NCBI GenBank assembly: GCA_964654245.1
Contig: CAZZGO010000001.1
Location: 1-63,190, forward strand
Direction: 5' to 3'
Length of the DNA stretch: 63,190 nt
Source of the DNA: an uncultured Pseudobdellovibrionaceae bacterium
Lineage (GTDB): Bacteria > Pseudomonadota > Alphaproteobacteria > Micavibrionales > Micavibrionaceae
The position numbers and the translations under genes are program-made. Below the pieces are notes generated by a model that was not told where the DNA came from, did no database searches, and saw only the letters and a program-made list of their open reading frames with translations. Shown here one piece after another: positions 28,246 through 38,489 of the stretch; positions within the stretch are counted from its first letter, which is position 1, and the number at the start of each line of letters is the position of its first letter.

Positions 28246-30744
28246 ATGCCCTTAGATCACAGTGACTTTATCAAAAAATACCATACACCGCCCGATCAGG
28301 CGGCGATCACGCATAAGAAAATCCGTAAAATTTTAATTTCAACCTTCATTCTGGTCGTCTATGTCGTGGGGTGCGTCATTCTGGCGGCCATGTTGGGGAT
28401 TGATCAATCCACGATGTTGGCGGCGGCGTTACTTTTTTTGCTGGCGGCGTTTGTTGGTTTTACGGTGCAGGATTTTCTGGGGCGTCAAGCCGATAAAGAA
28501 AAAGAACGTCTTGTCATACGCGAAGTGCTTGAGGGATCGAGAGGGGCGCGTTTGATTACCGACGGGGTGGATAACACATTTTACGCCAATCAGCGTTTTT
28601 TTGAATTATGCGGTAAAAAATCGTTACCCGGCCTTCCGGCATTGGCGGCCTTGTTCGAAGATAACGCCGAAGCATTCAACCATTTTCGGCTGTTGTCCGA
28701 ACAGGCACACCGGGGGTTGACGGATTCTATTGAACTTCGTGCAGGTCATGAAGAACGGGAGAGATGGTTTCTGGTCACGGCCCAACCCATTGCCGGATGG
28801 GCGGGATATGTGCATTGGCGGGTGGATGATATTACCCGTCAGCGTGATCTGGATCGTTCTGTGCGCGAGGAACGTGAAAAACTGATTGATTTCACGGATA
28901 ATGCCCCCGTCGGTTTTTATTCCACCGATGAGACGGGTCGATTTGTGTTTGTGAATGCGACTTTGGCGCGCTGGCTGGGGACGGATATTCAAACACTTTT
29001 ATCAGATGGACGTCTTCATACCTATATGGTGGCACCCCCGATGGGGGCGCTTCCCCATGACATCACGGAAAAAGGCGGTGTCCGGCAGGTGGCTGAAATC
29101 ACCATGAAGGGGCCCTATGGCACCAGTTTTCAAGCGCAGATTTCACAGGCCGTCCATCAAGAAGCCGAAGGTCAAGTGCGCACACGCGGCGTGGTACATG
29201 ACCTGACGTCCGAGCGCGAAATGCGCCGCGCGCTCGAAGCATCGGAAGACAGGTTCCAGCGTTTCTTTGAAGAAGCCCCGCTGGGGATTGTTTTGATTGA
29301 TTCAGCCGGAAAAATTAAAGATTGTAACGTCGAACTGGCCGAGATGTTGGGGCAGACGATTGAACAGATCGAGGGAAAATCCTTCCGCGATATCATGTCC
29401 GAAGACGACCGCGATACGGTCTTCATGGCGATGAGCCGGATCGGGCAGGGGGAGCAGATGTCGGCCCCGATGGAAATTACCCTTCGGGGGCACAAGGATG
29501 TATCCGTGCAGATGCATGCCCGCCGTTTCAAGGGAAGTGACCATATCGTGCTTCATTTTATTGACCTGACGGATCAAAAATTGCTTGAGGCGCAATTTAT
29601 CCAGTCACAGAAAATGCAAGCCGTGGGTCAATTGGCCGGGGGCGTGGCACATGATTTTAACAATCTTTTGACGGCGATTATCGGGTTCTGTGACCTGTTG
29701 CTGTTGCGTCATAAGCCGGGAGATCCTTCCTTTGGCGATATCATGCAGGTAAAACAGAACTCCAATCGTGCCGCCAATTTGGTGCGTCAATTATTGGCGT
29801 TCTCCCGGCAACAGACCCTGCGCCCGAAGGTTCAGGACATGACGGATATTCTGGTCGAGGTTTCCCATCTGATCCGCCGGTTAATTGGTGCGAATATCGA
29901 ATTGGATTTAGTACATGGACAATCGCTGGGTCTGGTTAAGGTGGATGTGGGACAAATGGAGCAGGTGCTGGTCAATCTGGCCGTGAATGCCCGTGATGCG
30001 ATTGGGGATAAGGGCGGCAGGCTGACGATTACCACGTCCAACTTTGAAAATGATAAACCCTTGAAGCGTGCCAGCGAAACCATGCCGCCCGGCGCTTGGG
30101 TCAAGATTGAGTTTTCTGATACCGGATGCGGTATCCCCGAAGAGAATATGGTGCGTATTTTTGAACCATTTTTTACGACCAAGGATGTGGGGCAAGGCAC
30201 CGGGCTGGGGCTGGCTACGGTCTTTGGGATCATCCGCCAGACCGGCGGCTATGTTCATGTCGACAGCCAAGTTAATGTGGGGACAACATTTTCGATTTAT
30301 CTCCCCCGCCTTTCCGAAAGCGAAATCAAGGAAACCGCGGAAGACCGTAAACAGGAAGACGAACCACAGGGTGACTTGACCGGCACAGCGCGTATCATGT
30401 TGGTCGAAGATGAAGATGCGGTGCGTACATTCTCGACCCGGGCGCTCACCAACAAAGGGTACGAAGTGTTATCGGCCGAAAGTGGCGAGGCCGGACTCTC
30501 CCTGATGGAGCAAAACGAAGGAAAAAAAATAGATCTTCTCATTACCGATGTTATGATGCCTGGCATGGATGGCCCCACGATGGCGAAACAAATTCGGGTG
30601 CGTTATCCGGAATTAAAAATTATTTTTATTTCGGGATATACCGAAGACAAACTGAAAGACCATATGGGCGATAATATTTACTTCCTGCCTAAGCCTTTTA
30701 CGCTCAAGCAATTGGCCGCGAAGGTCAAAGAGGTCATGGGATAG
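28246..30744 (+). CDS. cckA: hybrid sensor histidine kinase/response regulator, CckA-like
   Basis: 832 aa with N-terminal TM helices and PAS-like segments. It has the H-box VGQLAGGVAHDFNNLLTAI, the N/G boxes (NLAVNARDA, DTGCGI, GQGTGLGLATV), and a C-terminal receiver (RIMLVEDEDAVR, LLITDVMMPGMDG, KPF). The position right after flhB matches my recollection of Caulobacter synteny. The symbol is an inference. Confidence 0.6.
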   Translation: MPLDHSDFIKKYHTPPDQAAITHKKIRKILISTFILVVYVVGCVILAAMLGIDQSTMLAAALLFLLAAFVGFTVQDFLGRQADKEKERLVIREVLEGSRGARLITDGVDNTFYANQRFFELCGKKSLPGLPALAALFEDNAEAFNHFRLLSEQAHRGLTDSIELRAGHEERERWFLVTAQPIAGWAGYVHWRVDDITRQRDLDRSVREEREKLIDFTDNAPVGFYSTDETGRFVFVNATLARWLGTDIQTLLSDGRLHTYMVAPPMGALPHDITEKGGVRQVAEITMKGPYGTSFQAQISQAVHQEAEGQVRTRGVVHDLTSEREMRRALEASEDRFQRFFEEAPLGIVLIDSAGKIKDCNVELAEMLGQTIEQIEGKSFRDIMSEDDRDTVFMAMSRIGQGEQMSAPMEITLRGHKDVSVQMHARRFKGSDHIVLHFIDLTDQKLLEAQFIQSQKMQAVGQLAGGVAHDFNNLLTAIIGFCDLLLLRHKPGDPSFGDIMQVKQNSNRAANLVRQLLAFSRQQTLRPKVQDMTDILVEVSHLIRRLIGANIELDLVHGQSLGLVKVDVGQMEQVLVNLAVNARDAIGDKGGRLTITTSNFENDKPLKRASETMPPGAWVKIEFSDTGCGIPEENMVRIFEPFFTTKDVGQGTGLGLATVFGIIRQTGGYVHVDSQVNVGTTFSIYLPRLSESEIKETAEDRKQEDEPQGDLTGTARIMLVEDEDAVRTFSTRALTNKGYEVLSAESGEAGLSLMEQNEGKKIDLLITDVMMPGMDGPTMAKQIRVRYPELKIIFISGYTEDKLKDHMGDNIYFLPKPFTLKQLAAKVKEVMG

Positions 30745-30749
30745 CTTGA

Positions 30750-31871
30750 TTAATGTATCAGCTTTTGAAAGATTGACGTTTTTTGCACTTCTTTTGCCGC
30801 TAACTCATGTGCCAATCCATTCCAATGCGCATCTGACGGGAATTCAAATTTCTGCTGGTTCTTTTTATAATGCGCCGCCATGACAGGTTCCATGTCAATC
30901 ACCTGGTACCCTTTTTGTCTGGCCTGTGTGATCACATAACGACGCATCACATCAAAATAATATCCACGTTCTGATTCCGGTTTCCCGATATAAATGTCTC
31001 CCCGGCTGGCATCCATGATCAAAATAATATCTTTAGGTTTTAAACCGCTATTTTGTGGAAGGTGCGCTAAAAAAAGATCTACGGCCATTTTTGAATCAGC
31101 CATTCGCTGGGAATCTGTATCCGCCGACGTATTCCCGGCGTAAATGGTTTCCGGCATATCCCGGCGCATCAGGAATTGTTTTATTTTGGCCCATGTCTGC
31201 CACGCGGATAGGTTGAAAAAAACATATCGCGCTAGCGCAGAGCGCTTGATGATATCCCGTTTCCAGTTGGGGTGATATTCCTGAAGCAGGCGGGGCACCA
31301 TATGACCTTGTTCATCCGGGGCGAATTGATGAAACACTTGTTTTAAATCATACGCCGGTAGGCTTTCATCAAAATCATTCCCCACAATCAAAACAGTCAA
31401 TGCTTGGGGGCGATACGTATCACGGGCATATCGTGCCCATATCAGATACTGGCTTAAAGGGGCGCCGCTCGCCGCGAAACTATAGACCCGCGCGCGGTCT
31501 TCTGAGTTCGTGGCCAGACGTCCCTGAAGTGTCTGTGCATAGGGCACCATCAGAGATTCAATATATGAATCACCAATCACGGCCATCAAGGGGCGGGGAT
31601 CCGCCGGGGTATAATCCTGATCATTCACAAAACCATCATTATTAACACGGCCCTGATTGACGATTTCAAAATTCCATTCATCCGACCAGGTGAAATTCTG
31701 GTTCGGAGTGAAACGCGCAATGGGTTGATCCTGCGTCACGGCCTGTGTGGAGAGACCTGTGCCTACCGGCAGGATGCGCAAAACAATCTCCAGCAGACCT
31801 ACCACCAGCACAACAGGCAGGATCAACGCAATGGCGATAAAGAGTTTTTCACGAGAGGGCGTAAGATTCAT
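30750..31871 (-). CDS. membrane-anchored SGNH/AlgJ-AlgX-like hydrolase or O-acyltransferase family protein
   Basis: The ORF was trimmed to ATG 31871 (a TM anchor follows). Blocks [19 protein letters not shown] and the C-terminal FPSDAHWN resemble the SGNH fold of polysaccharide O-acetylation proteins. Confidence 0.5.
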   Translation of the reverse strand: MNLTPSREKLFIAIALILPVVLVVGLLEIVLRILPVGTGLSTQAVTQDQPIARFTPNQNFTWSDEWNFEIVNQGRVNNDGFVNDQDYTPADPRPLMAVIGDSYIESLMVPYAQTLQGRLATNSEDRARVYSFAASGAPLSQYLIWARYARDTYRPQALTVLIVGNDFDESLPAYDLKQVFHQFAPDEQGHMVPRLLQEYHPNWKRDIIKRSALARYVFFNLSAWQTWAKIKQFLMRRDMPETIYAGNTSADTDSQRMADSKMAVDLFLAHLPQNSGLKPKDIILIMDASRGDIYIGKPESERGYYFDVMRRYVITQARQKGYQVIDMEPVMAAHYKKNQQKFEFPSDAHWNGLAHELAAKEVQKTSIFQKLIH

Positions 31872-31943
31872 ACCTGTGTCATGACAGGCAGAGCCCCGGA
31901 TCGTCAACCCATCCCCCGGCAAGAGAACACATTATGCCAAAAT

Positions 31944-31958
31944 GTTCTTTTTTTGTTC
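31944..31958 (+). promoter_or_regulatory. alphaproteobacterial LexA (SOS) box GTTC-N7-GTTC upstream of recA
   Basis: Read directly as GTTC-TTTTTTT-GTTC, about 160 nt upstream of the recA ATG at 32121. Confidence 0.6.
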
Positions 31959-32120
31959 TTTTTTCTTGAACGCAGGAACAAAAAGAGTACAATGAATATC
32001 AGAATCGCCTGTGGGTCACTTTATACGGCCTCTGCCGGCTTCATTGAAACCCTCTACCGACTATGCCAGAAAGGACATACCCCCATGACCGTCACCCCCT
32101 TCAAGAAAGAGAGCAATACC

Positions 32121-33218
32121 ATGATGGAAGGCAAAAACCCCGCAGAGCGTCAAAAAGCACTCGAAGCGGCACTGACCCAGATTGAACGCGCCTTTGGTAA
32201 AGGCTCTGTCATGAAATTGAATGCGGATCATAACCCAATGGAAACCGAAGCAGTTTCAACAGGGTCTCTGGGTCTTGATATCGGGCTGGGGATTGGCGGT
32301 CTGCCCCGGGGGCGGATCACGGAAATTTATGGTCCCGAAAGCTCGGGTAAAACAACTCTCGCCCTTCATGTGATTGCCGAAGCACAAAAAGCCGGCGGTA
32401 CCTGTGCGGTCGTGGATGCAGAACATGCGCTGGATCCATCCTATGCCAAAAAATTGGGCGTGGATGTTGATAATTTGCTGATATCGCAACCGGACACGGG
32501 CGAACAGGCACTTGAAATTGCGGATACGCTCGTACGGTCGGGTGCGGTAGATGTGTTAGTGATCGACTCAGTGGCGGCCTTGGTGCCTCGTGCCGAACTG
32601 GAAGGTGAAATGGGGGATAGTCACGTGGGACTTCAGGCGCGCTTGATGTCACAGGCGTTGCGTAAGATTACCGGCTCGATCTCTCGTTCTCGTTGTGTGG
32701 TCATTTTCATTAACCAGATCCGCATGAAAATTGGCGTGATGTTTGGTTCACCTGAAACAACGACGGGCGGAAATGCCTTAAAATTCTATGCATCGGTGCG
32801 TCTTGATATTCGCCGTATCGGTTCGATTAAAGAGCGTGAAACAGCCGTGGGTAACCAAACCCGGGTGAAGGTCGTTAAGAATAAAATGGCACCGCCCTTC
32901 CGTCAGGTCGAATTCGATATCATGTACGGGGAAGGGATCTCTAAAACAGGTGAAATTATCGATCTGGGCGTACAGGCGGGGGTTGTTGAAAAATCAGGTG
33001 CTTGGTTCGCCGCTGAAGGTGAGCGTATTGGGCAGGGACGTGAGAATGCCAAGCAATATCTGCGGGATCATCCGGAAATGATGGCAACGCTAGAACACAA
33101 GATCCGGGAAAAATCAGGAGTCATGTCCGAAGCCATGTTAGCGGGACCTGAATCAGACACTGATACGGCGTCCGAAGATGAAGCACCTGCACCAAAATCT
33201 AAAAAATCTGCGGGATAG
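32121..33218 (+). CDS. recA: recombinase RecA
   Basis: The ORF was trimmed to ATG 32121, which is preceded by AGAAAGAGAG; ATG 32085 is an alternative. It has [22 protein letters not shown], Walker [14 protein letters not shown], and LVIDSVAAL. Confidence 0.95.
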   Translation: MMEGKNPAERQKALEAALTQIERAFGKGSVMKLNADHNPMETEAVSTGSLGLDIGLGIGGLPRGRITEIYGPESSGKTTLALHVIAEAQKAGGTCAVVDAEHALDPSYAKKLGVDVDNLLISQPDTGEQALEIADTLVRSGAVDVLVIDSVAALVPRAELEGEMGDSHVGLQARLMSQALRKITGSISRSRCVVIFINQIRMKIGVMFGSPETTTGGNALKFYASVRLDIRRIGSIKERETAVGNQTRVKVVKNKMAPPFRQVEFDIMYGEGISKTGEIIDLGVQAGVVEKSGAWFAAEGERIGQGRENAKQYLRDHPEMMATLEHKIREKSGVMSEAMLAGPESDTDTASEDEAPAPKSKKSAG

Positions 33219-33240
33219 TTTTATAGGTTTGATCGTCATA

Positions 33241-33272
33241 AAAAGGCCGGATCTCCTCCCGGCCTTTTTTTT
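33241..33272. terminator. bidirectional rho-independent terminator between recA and smpB
   Basis: aaaa-ggccgg-(8 nt)-ccggcc-tttttttt. Confidence 0.7.
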
Positions 33273-33276
33273 CGCG

Positions 33277-33771
33277 TTATCCGCGTTCTCTTAACATGCG
33301 GCCTTTTTGGCGTTTCCAATCACGGGATTTCTCGGTATCTCGCTTGTCATGTTCTTTTTTTCCCTTGCCCAGCGCAATTTGAAGTTTGGCGAGCCCCTTA
33401 CCATTAAAATAAAGACTTAAGGGGACGATCGTATATCCTTCGCGGGTCACAGAGCCCATGAGCTTGTCCAGCTCCTTTTGTGACACCAGTAATTTCCGAA
33501 GACGCCGAGGTTCGTGATTCAAGTGCTTGCCCGCCTGTTGATATTCCGGGATATGGGCGTTGAATAAATAAAGCTCACCCTCCTTAGGGGAGACATGTGC
33601 CTCGTTGAGTGAACATTGTCCATGACGTAAGGACTTGACTTCAGTCCCTGTGAGTACAAGGCCGGCTTCAATCTTATCTTCCAAGTGATAATCAAATCGC
33701 GCACGTCTGTTTTCCGCCACGGTTACGTTGACGGAGAGAAGTCCTGATTTTTTATCTTTTTTCTTAGCCAT
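33277..33771 (-). CDS. smpB: SsrA-binding protein SmpB
   Basis: 164 aa with [32 protein letters not shown] ... [22 protein letters not shown]. Confidence 0.93.
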   Translation of the reverse strand: MAKKKDKKSGLLSVNVTVAENRRARFDYHLEDKIEAGLVLTGTEVKSLRHGQCSLNEAHVSPKEGELYLFNAHIPEYQQAGKHLNHEPRRLRKLLVSQKELDKLMGSVTREGYTIVPLSLYFNGKGLAKLQIALGKGKKEHDKRDTEKSRDWKRQKGRMLRERG

Positions 33772-33787
33772 GTGATGATCGTCGATT

Positions 33788-34189
33788 TCAGGCCTTTATT
33801 GCCATATCCTGAAGCACTTGTAACGCCAAATCTGCACGATCATCTGGAACAAACAGATGATCATGATAATAGGCCGATACGGGATTGACGCTAATTCCCG
33901 CACCGCCCAATGCCTCAGTGATCGCCGCCATGAACCCCACAGCATCAAGGGCAGAGTGGATCGACAGCGTCAAACATCGGCATGGATAAATATAGGGAAT
34001 GTGGTGCGCGTCTGCGGTTGATTTTGGGATAATCAGGGTAACGCCTTCGGCTTCTTTGAACATGCCGATAGACTGAGGAATATAAAGCATGGCTTTGCTT
34101 TCGGGCAGGGTGCTGAACACATAGACATCATGCCCCAGATGAGGGGTCATGTTTTTCAGCAGAAGCGAGAGGTTTGTGTGTCCAGTCAC
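33788..34189 (-). CDS. ACT-domain-like small protein
   Basis: The ORF was trimmed to GTG 34189 (..[29 protein letters not shown]...), 10 nt after the dapA stop. The family assignment is from memory of ACT_7-type N-termini. Confidence 0.5.
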   Translation of the reverse strand: MTGHTNLSLLLKNMTPHLGHDVYVFSTLPESKAMLYIPQSIGMFKEAEGVTLIIPKSTADAHHIPYIYPCRCLTLSIHSALDAVGFMAAITEALGGAGISVNPVSAYYHDHLFVPDDRADLALQVLQDMAIKA

Positions 34190-34199
34190 TCTCAAACGC

Positions 34200-35093
34200 C
34201 TAGGCCGCTTGCGGCCGCGACAGGGCCACTCCTGCTTTTCCCATCGCTTGATCCAGTTGCTGACGCGCTGAGACCGAAGCTGGCACCAAGGGCAGACGGA
34301 CTTCATCTGTGCCAAAGCCTAAACGCGACGCTGCATATTTCACTGGCGCTGGAGAGGTTTCACAAAACAAGGCACGGTGAAGACAGGAGAGTTGATCCCG
34401 GATACGGGACATCGTCGTCAGATCCCCCTTTTGCCAAGCGGAATGCATATCCGCACACAGCCGGGGCACAATATTCGAGGTCACGGAAATACAGCCATGT
34501 CCCCCCTGTGCCAGAAAAGCGGTGGCGGTGGCATCTTCACCGGATAGCTGACAGAAATCATTGCCAAGACGCTCACGTATGACCAACGGCCGCGCGAGAT
34601 CAGCCGTGGCGTCTTTAACCCCCACAATATTTTTTATCTCGGCCAAGCGGCACATCGTGTCAACCGACATATCCACCACAGAACGCCCGGGGATATTATA
34701 GATGATAATGGGTATGTTCACCGATTCAGCCAGAGTTTTAAAATGTGCCAGCAAGCCATCCTGCGTCGGTTTATTATAATAGGGGGTCACGACTAATGCC
34801 GCGTCTGCCCCGGCTGATTTGGCTTGTTGGGTAAAATCTAATGCTTCGGCTGTGCTGTTAGATCCGGTGCCGGCAATCACAGGGATGCGGCGAGCAACGA
34901 TCTGTACGCATCTTTCCACGATTTTTTTATGTTCATCATGGCTGAGGGTTGGGGACTCTCCGGTTGTGCCGCACGGGACAACACCGCTGGATCCTTCGGC
35001 GACTTGCCATTCTACAAACTGGTCAAAGGCCTTCCAGTCAATGTCGCCATTTTTAAACGGGGTGATCAAGGCCGTGATGGAACCTGTAAACAT
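34200..35093 (-). CDS. dapA: 4-hydroxy-tetrahydrodipicolinate synthase DapA
   Basis: The ORF was trimmed to ATG 35093 (MFTGSITALITPFKNGDIDWKAF...VVPCGTTGESPTLSHDEH...). 297 aa. Confidence 0.93.
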   Translation of the reverse strand: MFTGSITALITPFKNGDIDWKAFDQFVEWQVAEGSSGVVPCGTTGESPTLSHDEHKKIVERCVQIVARRIPVIAGTGSNSTAEALDFTQQAKSAGADAALVVTPYYNKPTQDGLLAHFKTLAESVNIPIIIYNIPGRSVVDMSVDTMCRLAEIKNIVGVKDATADLARPLVIRERLGNDFCQLSGEDATATAFLAQGGHGCISVTSNIVPRLCADMHSAWQKGDLTTMSRIRDQLSCLHRALFCETSPAPVKYAASRLGFGTDEVRLPLVPASVSARQQLDQAMGKAGVALSRPQAA

Positions 35094-35193
35094 GGGACAC
35101 TCCTGTTGCGATAGGTGTTTCTGTTTGTGGAAAACGCCAAAATATATCGGATTTATAGTGATATTATCCAAAGAAACATGACAATAGCAAGTC

Positions 35194-37221
35194 ATGATCA
35201 AACATATCTTTGTTTTTCTGGTGATGGGGTTTTGGCTGAGCGGATGTCCTGTTCTGGCGGGGCAGAATTTTAATTCATCATCTTCTGCGCCTGCGAAGGC
35301 GTCGGTGACCCCGGTATCCGGCGGCGGGATTGTGACCGCCCTTAAGCTTGCTGAAAAAGGCCAATGGTCCGAGGCGCGCCGCATTGCCCGGAATCTCCCC
35401 GAAGCAGAACGCTATACTTTTCGCTGGAAAGAATATCGGGACGGCGCACCCGGTATTGATTTCCAAGATATTTCCGCTTTTATCCGCGCGCGAAATGATT
35501 GGCCGTTGATGGATATTATTCGTCTTGAAGCCGAAAAGGTGATCCCGCAAAACCTTCCGGCGCAACAGATTGTTGATTGGTTTAGTGCGAATAGCCCGCA
35601 GACCGCCAAAGGCATGCGGCTTTATGTTCAGGCACTCACGAAATCAGGGCAGGGGTCTGATTTGGAAAAACTTCTGAATAGCTGGTGGGAGGATGCCGAT
35701 CTCACCCGGGATCAACAACGTCAGTTTTATGCTGATTATGGTCGTTACCTCGACAAAGCCAGTCATAAAAAGCGTCTCGATACTTTGCTGGATCGGGGGG
35801 ATTATTCCCAAGCCTATGGCATCGCCGATGTGCTGGGGGCTGGCTATACTGCCCTGACACAAGCCCGCGTGGCCTTGGCGAATGGCGAGGGCAATGTGAA
35901 TGGATATTTGAATAATGTACCGCCGCAGTTGCAGAATGATGAAGGTCTTTTATATGAGCGGCTTCGGTGGCGTCGTCGTAACGATATGGATTCTGGTGCG
36001 ATTGAAATTCTGTCCCAAGAACCGCCCTATGGTGCGAAACATGACCCGGCCGGCTGGTGGCAGGAACGCCAGATTATCGCGCGCCGTCTGCTGGAGAAAA
36101 AGAATTATAAACAGGCTTACCAGATTGCCCGAAATCACCGGCAAAAAGAAGGTCTGCCCTTCGCCGAGGCGGAATGGCTCTCGGGCTGGCTGGCATTGGA
36201 ACGCTTAAACAAATCCTGGGAAGCGTTTGAACATTTTGAGCGTATGTACCATAAAGTGGAAACCCCAATCAGTCGCGCCCGAGGGGCTTATTGGGCAGGC
36301 CGTGCGAGCGAGAGACTGGGGCATCGTGAGATCGCTGAAAAATGGTATCGCGCCGGCGCACAGGAAACAGGAACATTTTATGGACAGATGGCAGCTGCCG
36401 CGCTGGGGCTTGAACCTTCGCTTCCCCGGTCTTTTTCTCAATCTTCCCAGACGTCTCTGACCTCGATGTCCGGTCTGGTGCAAAGTGCGAAATGGTTTGA
36501 TCAAGCGGGGATCAGGTCTGATACGTCGGCTTTTCTGTATCGCATGGGCAAGTTATCTGAAACGCCGGAGCAGTTTTCCGCCGCGGCTGATCTGGCTGAA
36601 AAGATGGGCTTTCGCCATGTCGCCATTAAAATTGCGCAAGACGCGCAGGCCAATCATGGTGTTCTGCTCCAAGAGAGTGCTTATCCTTCGCTTACCCAAT
36701 ATCTGGGCGGGGTCAAGGATGTGGAATGGGCGTTGATTCATGCGCTGATCCGGCAGGAATCACGGTTTGATCATCAGGCTGTCTCTAGTGCTGGCGCGCG
36801 GGGATTAATGCAAGTCATGCCGGCCACGGCCAAACAGGTCGCGGGTAAGATGGGCATTTCCCACCAGACAGATTGGTTAATTGCCCGGCCGGATCACAAT
36901 ATCAAATTGGGATCACGGTATATCGCGCAGATGTTGGATCGGTACGGGAATAATTATGCGATGGCACTGGCCGCGTATAATGCGGGGCCGGGGCGCGTGG
37001 ATAAATGGATCAACATATACGGCGATCCGCGTAAGGGGCAAATTGATCTGATTGACTGGATTGAATCCATCCCCTTCACTGAAACCCGGAATTACGTTCA
37101 GCGCGTCATGGAAGGTGCCTATGTGTATCGGTTGCTTCTTCAAGGTAAGCAACGGGAATGCACGATACCGCTTCATGTGGCAGAAATAAAAAAAGAGCAG
37201 AGCGTTCCTAAAAAGAATTAG
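35194..37221 (+). CDS. slt: soluble lytic murein transglycosylase (Slt70-like)
   Basis: 675 aa with a signal sequence and a superhelical N-terminal region. The SLT catalytic domain is ALIRQESRFDHQAVSSAGARGLMQVMPATA ... LAAYNAGPGRV. Confidence 0.85.
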   Translation: MIKHIFVFLVMGFWLSGCPVLAGQNFNSSSSAPAKASVTPVSGGGIVTALKLAEKGQWSEARRIARNLPEAERYTFRWKEYRDGAPGIDFQDISAFIRARNDWPLMDIIRLEAEKVIPQNLPAQQIVDWFSANSPQTAKGMRLYVQALTKSGQGSDLEKLLNSWWEDADLTRDQQRQFYADYGRYLDKASHKKRLDTLLDRGDYSQAYGIADVLGAGYTALTQARVALANGEGNVNGYLNNVPPQLQNDEGLLYERLRWRRRNDMDSGAIEILSQEPPYGAKHDPAGWWQERQIIARRLLEKKNYKQAYQIARNHRQKEGLPFAEAEWLSGWLALERLNKSWEAFEHFERMYHKVETPISRARGAYWAGRASERLGHREIAEKWYRAGAQETGTFYGQMAAAALGLEPSLPRSFSQSSQTSLTSMSGLVQSAKWFDQAGIRSDTSAFLYRMGKLSETPEQFSAAADLAEKMGFRHVAIKIAQDAQANHGVLLQESAYPSLTQYLGGVKDVEWALIHALIRQESRFDHQAVSSAGARGLMQVMPATAKQVAGKMGISHQTDWLIARPDHNIKLGSRYIAQMLDRYGNNYAMALAAYNAGPGRVDKWINIYGDPRKGQIDLIDWIESIPFTETRNYVQRVMEGAYVYRLLLQGKQRECTIPLHVAEIKKEQSVPKKN

Positions 37222-37354
37222 CATTTTGCAAATATTTTTATTCTGCAAAGGCATGTGGGGGACAAACATACGGCTATCCCTTTGAAATAACATACAACAG
37301 GCGGGTGCTTCATCTGGTATAAAAGTTGCGAAGGTAAGGGACAACAGCCGGAGT

Positions 37355-37966
37355 ATGCGCATGTCCCGAGTTTTACTGCTTGATCCCCACAGTTTATTTA
37401 CGACAGCTATTCAATATTATCTGATGCATATGATGAAACATGTCACGGTGGATATCGCGTCTTCGTGGCCGGATATTCCTCCTGACGCAACGTATGATCT
37501 TGTTATTTTTTCAGAGGAGATGGCCGATCACGAAGGGCTAACTGTGTTATCCCTGATCAAGAGCCGTTTTCCGGATGCGCGGCGAGTTCCTTGTTTTGGC
37601 GTGTATCAAAAAACCGATATGATATTTTGTCAAACGCATCAATGCGCCGGGTATGTGACTAAAACCATGTCGGGGCGGCTGTTTCGTCAAGGCATCATGG
37701 CCTTGTTGTCGGGACAGAATTTTTATCCGGTGATAGAGACAGTATCGGCAACCGATACATATGACAGGCCATCACCTGAATTAACGGCGCGGGAGCACGA
37801 GGTACTTCGTTATCTGGGGCGCGGGCTGTCGAACAAGGAGATCGCGCATCGCCTCGGGGTTCAGGTGGTCACCGTTAAGCTTCATATTCGGGGGATCTGC
37901 CGTAAGATGGGGGTTTCAAATCGCACCCAAGCCGCGTTAAAGGGTAAGGCATGGCGTTTGATATAG
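37355..37966 (+). CDS. LuxR/FixJ-family transcriptional regulator with degenerate receiver domain
   Basis: The C-terminal HTH is LTAREHEVLRYLGRGLSNKEIAHRLGVQVVTVKLHIRGICRKMGVSNRTQAA. The N-terminal receiver-like fold has Ser at the expected phospho-Asp position (DLVIFSEEMAD). Confidence 0.75.
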   Translation: MRMSRVLLLDPHSLFTTAIQYYLMHMMKHVTVDIASSWPDIPPDATYDLVIFSEEMADHEGLTVLSLIKSRFPDARRVPCFGVYQKTDMIFCQTHQCAGYVTKTMSGRLFRQGIMALLSGQNFYPVIETVSATDTYDRPSPELTAREHEVLRYLGRGLSNKEIAHRLGVQVVTVKLHIRGICRKMGVSNRTQAALKGKAWRLI

Positions 37967-37974
37967 GATATTTA

Positions 37975-38484
37975 ATGTTTTCTGATGCCGGGCGGGTGCG
38001 ATATCATATCATTCATATGTTCTATATTGATTATGATGGCGAGTGGTATCATGAGGGAGAGGTTATACGCCGCCACGCCCTCAAGAAATTATTTTCAGAT
38101 AAGGGTCTGTCCATCGATCATGAGGGGCGATACTACCTCGGCTCCCCTGAGGCGCGATACCCCGTTCACGTCGAGGATGTCCCCTATGTCGTGGTTGATT
38201 TTGACATGGATGCGCCGGGAACACCTGCCCAGAAAATAACGATGGTCACCAATATGGACGATAAAATTATTTTGACCCCCGAACGAATGCTTTTTTTAAG
38301 GCCTGAAACACGCCGTCAACAGAAAGTCCCCTATGTTGATGTGCGGCGCGGATTAAAGGCACGATTAAACCGGTCTGTGTGGATGAATATGGTCAATATT
38401 GCCTTGGATCAGGCGCAGGATGTCGTATCAGATATGCTGATGATTTATAGCGGAGGTTGCCCCCATCCCTTGGGGGAAAGCTAA
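37975..38484 (+). CDS. DUF1285-family protein
   Basis: Start chosen at ATG 37975, just after the LuxR stop. YIDYDGEWYHEGEVIRRHALKKLFS...YYLGSPEARYPVHVEDVPYVVVD matches my recollection of the DUF1285 pattern. Confidence 0.55.
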   Translation: MFSDAGRVRYHIIHMFYIDYDGEWYHEGEVIRRHALKKLFSDKGLSIDHEGRYYLGSPEARYPVHVEDVPYVVVDFDMDAPGTPAQKITMVTNMDDKIILTPERMLFLRPETRRQQKVPYVDVRRGLKARLNRSVWMNMVNIALDQAQDVVSDMLMIYSGGCPHPLGES

Positions 38485-38489
38485 AACCC

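Noticed and set aside
31725-32120. Long 5' extension of the recA ORF (the 497-aa version)
   Set aside because: The extension overlaps the convergent/divergent SGNH-like gene and contains the LexA box and a T-rich promoter region. RecA homology starts only around ATG 32121 (or 32085). Similar N-terminal over-extensions were trimmed for flgI, flgH, flgF, fliP, hemF, trmL, dapA, grxC and nit.
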